A model generated the notes under the pieces. It was not told the DNA's origin and searched no databases. It saw only the letters and a list, made by a program, of their open reading frames with translations. The position numbers and the translations under genes are program-made. A stretch of DNA of 63,538 nt, counting the filler, from Pelomyxa schiedti (taxonomy: Eukaryota; Protista; Evosea), in NCBI GenBank assembly GCA_020536535.1. It is 12 parts of 12 records of this genome, joined end to end, with 100 filler letters (N's around TTAATTAATTAA, not from the genome) between each part and the next. Parts side by side here need not be neighbours in the genome. Positions count along the whole stretch, not along the records: positions 37,698 to 46,880 come from JAHLWZ010000469.1; positions 46,981 to 48,278 come from JAHLWZ010002609.1; positions 48,379 to 49,451 come from JAHLWZ010002886.1; positions 49,552 to 52,339 come from JAHLWZ010001887.1; 8 more parts are not named here. The stretch is one strand, 5' to 3'. Shown piece by piece: positions 40,613 through 50,510 of this stretch; the first letter of the stretch is position 1, and each line of letters begins with the position of its first letter.

Positions 40613-42276
40613 ATGTCTACGTCGCGGATCAATATCTACGTTGTGGGACGAGGACACGCTGGCAAGTCTTCGTTCTTGAACGCGTTGTATAAACACATGA
40701 CCCAAAAGGTCCTTCCCTTTTAATTTTCGTTGACTTTATACGCTGCCAAATTGTAAATTTGTTGTCTGTTAATTTAATCATTCCATCACTTGTGGCTTAC
40801 TGTATGGCTGTTGAAGAGTGTGGGACCGTTTCCAGTGATGACTGAGACAGCTCGCGGAACAATACATCTGAGAATTGTGGGGCTGGATATTACTAGGACA
40901 AGACAGCAGATTAACCTGTGTGATACGGCTGGGCTTCAGTTTACTCCCACCTCATGTGCTCGTGACTACGAAATTTTGGAGAAAATAGCTCAGGGTCTGC
41001 CGGCTAATCAGGATTTACTTGCTGATGGCATAAATACCGTCGCACCTGTTGTGGAAAATGCTCCTTCTGTAAGTTGGTGGGAATTTTCCACATTTCTAAT
41101 CATCAACCAAGATATTTTTGATGGTTGTTCGAGCTGATATGTTGCACTTTGAGAAAGTTTCTGGCCACAGAGTGCTAAAAGCGGAAGACCAAACTTACAT
41201 AATTAATTTGAAGAAGCACATCTCAACTATTATGAAGCACCAGGAACCTGCTTTGATAGTAACTTGTTGTGACAAAGTCAATGTATGTATTTTTACCTGT
41301 ACTTTACACTCACCTTCTGCAGGATACCAATCTTATACAGAGCGCACTAAGCTCCATCTTTTATGCCAACCGAGGTTTAGCATTTCAAAAACAAAATTTT
41401 GTTCCATCTTACACTGTGCAGTTTTCTTGTTTGGGCAGAAAGAGAACCCAAAAACCAAAGAAGTTTCACTTGACCCCAAATACACCCCAAACCTTGATAC
41501 ATTGATCCAGCTGTTTACTTTAGGTGAGATGCCAAATAAACGCGTTCTATTACTAATGTTTGGCAGTTGTTCCCGCAATAGTTGCCAAGCCAACCAAGGC
41601 AGTGGAACCCACAACACCATCTCATCCCTCGAATCCCCCACCTCGCCCCGAGCAACCTACTGAAACAACACAGACAACAGAAGGGCCCCAACATCCCCCT
41701 CCTCCCCCTACATATATCCAGCAGCCCCCACAGCCCCCACCCAACCCACAACCAAGCCCATATCCTCCCGGAACACTTGTGGATCAATGGGGAAACTTAG
41801 TCTATCAGCAGCCCCGGCCAATGCCCCCATACCAACCCAACCCCCAGCCACCCCCCGGTATGTATGGCCAGCCATACTACGGCCCCCCACAGCCGCAGCC
41901 CGGAGCCAGAATAATAATCAACGGACCACCACCCGGTGTGATCCGGACATACAACCCACCACCACAGCCCGGTGGCCCCATGTACTACACCAACCCAGGG
42001 GGACCCTACCAACCCCCTCCGCAGCCCATGGGCTACATGCCCGGGCCTCCCCCGGGCCCCGGCGGGCCGTATTCCCAGCCCCCAGGGGGGAGCATTATCT
42101 ACAACAACAACAACGGGGGCCCCTACTCGCAGCCGTCACAGCCGCAAATGTACTCGCGGCCACCACCTCCTCCCGGAAGCGGGCCGTATCAGCAGCCACC
42201 TCCCCCGCCTGGGTTCACTAACATGCCTCCCCCTCCTAATACCTGTGCCTATCCACCTCCCCCTCCAAACTACTGA
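40613..42276 (+). CDS. P-loop GTPase (IFI44-like arrangement) with a Pro/Gln/Tyr-rich tail
   Basis: G1 INIYVVGRGHAGKSSFLNAL, G3 LCDTAGL, strand IFLMVV, G4-like LIVTCCDK; about 230-aa tail ending YPPPPPNY*. Confidence 0.7.
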
Positions 42277-42450
42277 GGACACTTTTTGACTTGTTGATCC
42301 TTGGTACCTGTCAACACCGCATTTTACAACCTAACACACAACTCAAGTGTAAAACCACAACTCTGTAGGAACAAAAAAGCTTGTGAAGAGTCTTTCCTTT
42401 TTTTTTATTTTCCAGACTTTCTATCCTTATACATTATTGGTGTGAGAGTG

Positions 42451-45400
42451 TCACCACGGACATGAGACAACAGTAAATTCAACAAGGAGCACAGAGGAAT
42501 TCAGTGACATTACAGCGAAGTGGTTCAATTCGGTCTCTGATGTCCTTCCATAGTTTAATACACACCTACATCCAACAACCACAACCGGGTTGCGATTTCC
42601 TCCCTCTGTGCTAGTACTGCTGTTATTGTTATTATTCCCTATGAACTTTGCTCTGGCTTGGACCCGGTAGGTTCCGGGAACGGCTTTCCTCAGTGTATAT
42701 TCAAATGGACCCAGTCCCACTGGGCTTGTGCCGGATAGCCTTCCCCCAATGGATGTGTGGTTGTGCCACGGGCTGCATAGTTCTCCGGAGGGCTCAGATA
42801 CACTCAATTCCACATCGGAATCGCTGCTGGTGGTCCAGAGAATGACCCTCAGGTCTAATTCCACTGAGTTCTCTTGGTCCCAGCTGTGCAATAATGGTGA
42901 AAATGATGATGCGGAGGCCGCGGATGATTTGAGGGATAGGGTGTGTGATAGAAGGTCTAGTTTAGCTGTTACTTGAAGGCCGAGGTACTTTGGACCACCG
43001 CAGCTTTCACCAGAGGAAAGGGATTGTAGGGCCGAGACAGCGGAAAGTATTTCTTGCTTTTCTATACCTGAACCTCTGAGGGAAGCTACTGCAGTGTGGT
43101 AGGAGTACTGTAGCAGTGATTTCCGGAGTGCAAAGGCGGCTTTCCATGCTGTCAGGGCCTGTGTCCACAAACCTAATGCCTGGCAAACTGTAGCCATGAT
43201 GCCAAGAGGTTGCATTTCACCAGGAGAGTGCTCCGCAATGTTGCTAAGAATTCTGTAGGCATCCTCACTGCTTCCAATAGATAGAATATGAAGAGCACTC
43301 CCTATAATAAAGGCACAAGCGGATTGGCCTGATTGAATTATGTATTCATAGAGCTGGCGGTACTTCCGCATCAACGAGTCTCCAGTTTCTCCAATTCCTT
43401 GGTGGGAGAGTAAGTTGCTACAAGTTGGAGCACACTGAGTAGAAGAGTGTAGTTGATACTTCAGTACCCTCTGGTTGTCTGGGGAACTGAGTTCAACAGA
43501 ACCGGTCATTGATGGAACCATTGATCCCGGAGTGAAGACGTCACGGCGGCGTTTCACAGGCAAAGCTACAGTGTCTTCCCAAGGGAAACTATAGTTTTCC
43601 GGGAGAGAGTGCGATACTGTCGAAGTGACCCGGTTTTGTAGCAGAGCCCGGCGTTCTCTTTCTAGAGCGGCTTGGGAGATAGCAGCTCGTTGGAGGGAGC
43701 CATCAGGATTCTGGACTAATTTGAACTTGTGCGCTGTGTGGAACCTGGGGGTTTCTCTTCTCACTGCAATGGAATCCCCCAAATCAACACTCACTTTCTG
43801 AAGTTCGGAAAACGAAGTACTAGTTATCTCTTCAGGCACAGTTGGTAGTTGAATCCTGCTTCCCATGGGAGCTGGAATCTTATCCCAACGGGAGAGTACT
43901 ATAGGCTTGCCTGAAGGCGGCCGTGGCGTGCTTGAATCCCAGGAGGGCCTTTTGTCAGTATTTTCTATTTCAATTTCCGCAGATGGGTCCCTCTTTTCGC
44001 GAGCCGCCATCGTTGGTTTCACGTAATCAGCCATGGTGCATTGCCAGGACTTCTTGTTCAAGAAGTTAAGGTGTGCCCGATCGTCAATGTCTTGTTTCGT
44101 TCTATCTGAAAAGGTTTTCAAATCAGTAGCACCACGTCCAATTGGAGTGGCTGCGGCAGGTGGTCCGCTGGAAAGAGGTGCACTACCACAAACACCATGA
44201 AATGTATGTGACAGTCGCCTGAAAGCTGGCATGGATTGCGGTGGAGGGATAGGGGGCATGCCAGGTGGTCCCCCAGGTGCCATTCCATAGAGTATTCCTG
44301 GAGGCACTATAGGAGGCATTCCTTGAGGCGAGAAAGAAGGTAATCCAGTTGGCATTTTGGCTGCAGTCCCATAGGGGGGAGTAATGAACCCACAAGCACC
44401 CTCATCTAATGACGGATATTTACCCAAATCCCGAATGGTAGTTTGGAGTTCAGCCTCATCGAATTTGAAACCATGTCCTGCGTATCCATACGATTGTGAG
44501 GGTGTCTGCATCTCCCTCGCCTCTCGTAGTATTTGTTGAGCTGTAATTTGCACTGGTGCTGGTGCTTTATTTTTAGCCTTGCTCCTTGGAATGAGATCTG
44601 GGGCGAAATCTGACGGATAGTACTTGTGGAGTGGAACATTACGTCTGACAACTTGCTTGGGTGGTTCTTGTATTTCCTTCTCAACGAAGGAATCTTGAAG
44701 AGGTTGGGTTATTTGAAAGTGCAGGAATTCCGGATGGGGTGTTTTCTCCTGATATTCAGTTGTTGCCCATTTCAGAAAATTCTTCCACAGTATTGCGGCA
44801 ATGTATCCAGCGCGGTCTTTTTGTTTTTCTTGGTTATAGTTCGCCTCATGAGCTTGTGTATTAGTTATGCGCCAATATTCAGCATGAAGGTTGGGAACAG
44901 AGAGTGGGGGTGAAATTTTGTGTGTCAAATACTGATCAAGAGTAAGCAGTACCAAAAAGGAGAACCCTTCTCCACATAGATTGTAGGTTCGGCACAGAGC
45001 TAAAGTGTTGCTTCTATTCCTCTGGAGCTTCTCAATTTCCATGAGGGCCCACCTTCTGCCAATAATGGTTCCAAACTGATCCTCATAGTACCTCGACTGA
45101 CAAGGAAGAGAAAAGGGTACTCTCTGATCAATTCCGCAAGATGTAAAATCCACCAGAAAGCTTGCTGATGATGCGCTCGGATTTAACTTACCATAAAGGA
45201 TGTAGGGCTCAAATGGTGACACATCTGTCTGTGAAACACTGGCGCAGCATTTCTCCAAGGTGATCTTGGGATTCGAGGTTTTTGCTAGGAGATATTCCAC
45301 TGCCTCTTCAGCATTATATATTGAGAGGTTTACGCATTTCCCAGAATTTCGTTGCGCCACNNNNNNNNNNNNNNNNNNNNNNNNNNNNNNNNNNNNNNNN

Positions 45401-46880
45401 NNNNNNNNNNNNNNNNNNNNNNNNNNNNNNNNNNNNNNNNNNNNNNNNNNNNNNNNNNNNTGGCGCAGCATTTCTCCAAGGTGATCTTGGGATTCGAGGT
45501 TTTTGCTAGGAGATATTCCACTGCCTCTTCAGCATTATATATTGAGAGGTTTACGCATTTCCCAGAATTTCGTTGCGCCACTTTCCGGAGGAAAATATCA
45601 CTATACTGTGAAGTCGCAGCGCTGTTAAATACGCAATGAATAGCACAGCCAAACGAAAGATGATCATCCGAATTTCTCATGGATAAGGAGTCAACTCCAT
45701 CAGAAAATAAAACCCAATAGGCATACTCTCCTGCCTTGGCTTGACACCAGGTAGCAAGTCTGGCGTAGTCAGTAGCTCCAGTATAAAGAAGAGATGAAAG
45801 TAGGTCACCAACAGTCGCCTGCTGGAGGTCATCAGCCAGTGAGTGCACATCAACACTAAAAGAGAATATGTCAATGCGAGCGGGTGTTTGTTGAAGAAGG
45901 GCTTCAATCACTGCTATTTCTGATGAATGTGAGCCTTCTGCTCTGCTGTAAGAAGCGTCCCAGAGAATGCCTATTCTACTATTGTCCTCTGAGTAGCTTG
46001 TGGTCTGGGGCAGGATTTCTGGGTGCGTGGTGCAGGCGCACATAAAGAAGAGCTCTGGGTCTGGTGTGTCACCCAAGGGTCTCGAAGATTCAACTGCGAT
46101 GTAGTACTGAGGTACGTCAGATATAAAGAAGTCGAGAGGATCCAGAAGTGCAAAAGAATCTGCTCCTTGGTCTATTCTAAGAGAAGCTTCCATCCAATTC
46201 CCTTGGTTAACAAATTGAAGTACGGACGAGACAGGGTGCACGTTTGGCGTAATCTCCCTATTTGTTTCATTGTCTAACACACAGTCCACTCTTGCGTGCA
46301 TTTCAACCGTCCTCAAAGTACTGTGGGAACGCAAGCTGAATGGCAATGCGTAAAAGGAGCTGTGTGACTCCTTCTCGAACCTCATCTGATGTGTATACCG
46401 TACGCAAATCTATATGCGAAAATATGTTAGTTCTCATAAGGGGCAGAAGCTTGCCTTACTTTAGTAAGTTGACCAGGTCTGATTGGGAAGACTTTGCACT
46501 TGTATATATTAGAACTAGCCACACTAGAAGAAATGGCAGCCGCAGAGCCAGAGTCCCTCTCAGCCTCATAAGCAACTGCAGCAGCCTCAGTCTCAACTAT
46601 AGAGGCCTCTCTCATAACCCCATCAACCTCAATAGAATATCCACACACAGTACCACCACTAGGCAGAGGAACAACAAGGGAACCCTCAATGCACCCAACA
46701 GAATCTGCACAACCATTACTTGCAGTTGCAGTTGTTGGTGATGCAATTGCAATAGCTGTTGCTGATGTCACTGTTGACGAATAAGAAGAAGGGGAAGGAC
46801 AACAAGAAGAGGGATTATGGGACGATAGCAACCAAGACATCGAGAGCAGGGTCTCGGCCACGATGGTTCCCACGACCCTG
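42451..46880 (-). CDS. VIT-vWA-TPR-DUF2135 protein with an inserted spliceosomal-motif cassette (5' end at scaffold edge)
   Basis: VIT EGSLVVPLPSGGTVCGYSIEVDGVMREASIVE...VFPIRPG; vWA IGILWDASYS...LFSDGVDS; FLVLLTLDQY..HKISPP; TPR AYRILSNIAE; DUF2135 DLRVILW...DVELSVSEPSGE...IGGRLS...GPFEYTLRKAVPGTY. The two ORFs join across an overlapping gap. Confidence 0.85.
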
Positions 46881-46980
46881 NNNNNNNNNNNNNNNNNNNN
46901 NNNNNNNNNNNNNNNNNNNNNNNNTTAATTAATTAANNNNNNNNNNNNNNNNNNNNNNNNNNNNNNNNNNNNNNNNNNNN

Positions 46981-47623
46981 TGGCACTTTCCTCCAAATCT
47001 CCACTGCAATCATCAGAGGAGTTTTCACTGAGCAATAATTCCTCAATGTCACCAACACTGCTCAGAACCTGTTCTTCACTCTGACATCCCCCAGCCCCTA
47101 TCCACAACCGTTAAATTAGATTGTAAAAAACCTACCAAAAGGGGGGGGGGAGGACAAAGTACACACCGCTCTCACTTCCTCCACCCACGCCGTTATCACG
47201 ACCACCACAACCACCAGCATGGCCAACACTCCCTGTGGACGATGCACCCCCGCCACCGCCACTAGTATACACAGTCGTCGACGAGGACGACCCTCCACCA
47301 CCACCACCACTGCTGCTGCTGCCAGTAGTTGTTGTTGTTGTTGTTGTTGTTGTTGTTGGTGTGGTGCAACCGCCACTACCTTTACTTGACCGCCGAGCCC
47401 CCCCACGACGGCGTGGTGGTGGCGTAACCGCCGCGGCGGCGGTGGTGGTGGTGGTTGCCGTGCTGCTGCTGTCTTCGTTGACGTGTCCGGTGTTGTTGTT
47501 GTAGCTGTCATCTTCGCCTTCGCTGTTACGGCTAGGGTGGTGGTGGCGATGGTGACTAGAACGCGGCTGCTGCTGGTGGGTGTGAGTACCATCGCAATCC
47601 CAACCGTCCACGTCGTCTCCCAT
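46981..47623 (-). CDS. Low-complexity hypothetical protein (partial)
   Basis: MGDDVDGWD... Thr/Gly/Ser runs, likely GT-AG intron, acidic exon running into the spacer. Confidence 0.35.
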
Positions 47624-47731
47624 CTCGCAACTGGTCGAAAAGTTCGAAAGCTTTCGTTGATACGGAAAAACCGTGAAAACCGCTTTGAGCCGGGATGCTT
47701 GATACACAGCACAGAGAGGACTTATTTCGAA

Positions 47732-47813
47732 GTGTTGGTGGCCGAGTGGTCCAAGGCGTTAGATTTAGGCTCTAATCTCTTCGGAGGCGTGGGTTCAAAC
47801 CCCACCCAACACA
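47732..47813 (+). tRNA. trnL-TAG: tRNA-Leu (anticodon TAG)
   Basis: Acceptor GTGTTGG/CCAACAC, D-loop GAGTGGTCCAAG, anticodon arm TTAGA-TTTAGGC-TCTAA, long variable arm, T-arm GTGGG-TTCAAAC-CCCAC, T-rich run downstream. Confidence 0.96.
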
Positions 47814-48379
47814 ACTGTTTTGGTTTTCTTTTTGGTGGTTGGCGGTGGCTGCATTGTTTAAATAAAAAAAAAGCCTCTCGTCGCCGGCAAATCGTTTCGT
47901 TTGTGTGGCGGTGTGTTGTTGACAACACAGAGCACAGGCAAGCAGAGGAGAGGGAGAGGGATGTCGTCGTCCACGTGGTCGTCATCGTCATCGTCATCGT
48001 CGTCGTCGTTGTATGGGGGCATGGAGTTGTCGCACATATCGTGGGCCACGATACCCGAGTCGGTGTTGTCTGTGTGCATGTGCTCCCTCGTGTTCTCGTC
48101 ACTAGTCTACTCCCGCGTATGCACTTGTTGTTTGGTGTCTGTTCCCGCATTATGGGAACACCCCCCCATCCCCCTCCCTTTTCGTGTAAGAAGAAGTAAA
48201 TAGATCGAGGCACCATACGAATCGAGCCATAAGTGGATCAGTAGAGATCCAGCATGTTCCAATTATTCCCTTTGCATANNNNNNNNNNNNNNNNNNNNNN
48301 NNNNNNNNNNNNNNNNNNNNNNTTAATTAATTAANNNNNNNNNNNNNNNNNNNNNNNNNNNNNNNNNNNNNNNNNNNNC

Positions 48380-49125
48380 AAAAATGACCAAATCAGAACC
48401 TGGTGAATCCCCTTGGTGTACAAAAGGAAACATCATGAGAACATCACCACAGAGCGGTGAGAACCTCACACTCGACGGGATAAACCCAAAGCCACTCACC
48501 TTTTCAACTGAGGGAGGAGTTGCATTCCTGTCACCACCTTTTACCTTCCAAATCCACAACCAATCCTCAGTGTTCGGGAAAAATCCCACAATCCACCCCC
48601 TGTTGCACACCTCTCTCAGAGGTGTCTTAACCCCCGCCTCCCACGACCACAGCAGCCGCCTGCTATCCTCAAACAGTGCTGGCGCTTCCGAGGACCTTGT
48701 GTGAACACTCCCAGGTGTGCAGTCATCCCTGATGTTGTGATCCCTGATGTTGTGCTCCCTTTCTCTCGTTTTATCCTCACGTTGGTGGTGGCGCACAGCA
48801 CGGCGTCGGTTCCAACGAGCCCCATCACGGCGTAGTGGGACCTGAACAGGGACCAGCTGACAACGCCGAGGGTCGGGGACACGGTCACGGCCAGGTGCCG
48901 GCCGTCTGGCAACCAAAACACGGCGTCGGTCTCGGGCCACATCACCCAGTCGTGGGCCCACTGCCTGATGTGGGACGGTGAGCGGGCCCACTCCAGCATT
49001 GTGGGACTGCAGTTTGTGGAGCACCTCGTGATGCAACAGCAACACACAGCGACAACTTGTGACTCGGCCGACGTCGTCGTCGTTGTTGCTGCAAGGCGCA
49101 CGTGTTTGGTTTGTGGCAATCCCAT
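48380..49125 (-). CDS. Orphan multi-copy family member (3' truncated)
   Basis: SAESQVVAVCCCCITRCS...WAHDWVM and VCNRGWIV...LWIWKV motifs. Confidence 0.55.
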
Positions 49126-50004
49126 AGTTGTGGTCTCGCTTTCAAGAAATAAGAATAAAGAGGAACTTTTTTTCTTTCGAGAAACAACCAAGGTGCACAC
49201 AAGACACACAATCGTGCACTGAAAACACGCGAAGTTGAGACACAGAATGAAAGGTAAAGAGGGAGGTAGGAGGCACACACTTCAAATGAGTGAGGATGGT
49301 TGATCTTCGTGTGACTCCTTGTATTTTTCAAATAACCATTGTTTTGGCACTGAGAAAGAACCAAGGAGAGAGCCGGTGACACCATCATGGAGTAGGAACT
49401 CCACATAAGGTGGATTTCCAGAATTTGCACCATACAAGTCGTGAGTTGTTGNNNNNNNNNNNNNNNNNNNNNNNNNNNNNNNNNNNNNNNNNNNNTTAAT
49501 TAATTAANNNNNNNNNNNNNNNNNNNNNNNNNNNNNNNNNNNNNNNNNNNNCTTCCCCATCCAAAGAAGCATCCTCAGGTCCTTCAAGAGACTCTGGGGT
49601 GGGCTTGCTCATCCTGGGGGAACTTGGGGGATCTGGGACCGTGCTTGGCGAGGTTTCACCTACTGTGGGTGGGCCCTTTTTTGGTTTTGTTTTCATTCCT
49701 TCTTCCCCGAACCACAGAAAGGACCACAAGACTGAGATTTCAGTGAAAATTGAGACACGAGGGAGTGCCCGTGTGTGGCTGGTGATCCCGTCCGCATCGA
49801 GCGCACAGGAAGAGTTCCCAACTTTGTTTTGAAAGAGGGCTTTCTTTGTTTAATAGACAAAGTTGGGAACTTATTTTCGCAGTATGAGGAAACATGCAAA
49901 AACAAAGTTGGGAACTTTTCAACCGTTGAAATGCCGCCGTTGCGGGCTCGCTGGATCTGAGTAGCCCCTTAAAAACCGATACACAAAACAAAAACCCGAG
50001 TCAC

Positions 50005-50510
50005 AAAACTAAAAACCGAGTCGGAATTTTTAACCCAAGTCGGAACTTTAAACCCAAGTCGGTATCCTCAGTTTCCGGTAAATACCAGTCCATCACAAAA
50101 TTTGGAAGCATCAAATAACAACAGACCAGAACAGAATTATTTTTTCTTGTTGTTATGTTCTCAACATAATTAATTAAACGACGGTGTTTATTTCTTTATG
50201 GCATTTGTTTCTGATCAATAAACAAAAAAGCCTTTTCTCCACTGTCTTACTGACTTCACCGTCGGCAGTCGGTTGTGTTAAATATTGAAAATGCCTCGGT
50301 TCAAACGAAAGAGAAAAAAGAAACGGTGAGAGGGTACGAGAACGCTCAGGAGACACCTCTTATCTCCGACTTGGGGTCGCTGCCGACGGTGTGTTACTGC
50401 TAAAAAGACAAACAGTGAGAGACGACGAAAAGAAGGCTGGGCGAATTAAATTTACAGGAAATCTGTTGATACCGACTTGGGTTGAAAATTCCGACTTGGG
50501 TTTTAGTTTT
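50005..50510. mobile_element. MITE/foldback-like inverted repeat pair with CCCAAGTCGG sub-repeats
   Basis: 50005-50066 (aaaact...cccaagtcggtatc) is the inverted counterpart of 50468-50510, enclosing about 400 bp of non-coding DNA; no target-site duplication seen. Confidence 0.5.

Noticed and set aside
43960-44420. Additional weak mimic candidates (PPYG like SNW1, KPTMAARE like Cwc15, FSDRTKQDIDDR like the SF3B1 N-terminus)
   Set aside because: Too short or degenerate to support without a profile search.
43570-44640. Calling the 1006-aa ORF a true CRN, PRP22, YJU2 or PRP5 orthologue
   Set aside because: Only short peptides match. HAT repeats, DEAH/DEAD helicase cores and the Yju2 zinc domain are absent, and the flanks are vWA, TPR and DUF2135.
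45241-45580. Apparent internal repeat or frameshift in the VIT-vWA gene
   Set aside because: 45241-45360 repeats 45461-45580 across the gap with a one-base difference; an overlap artefact, so the two ORFs are one gene.
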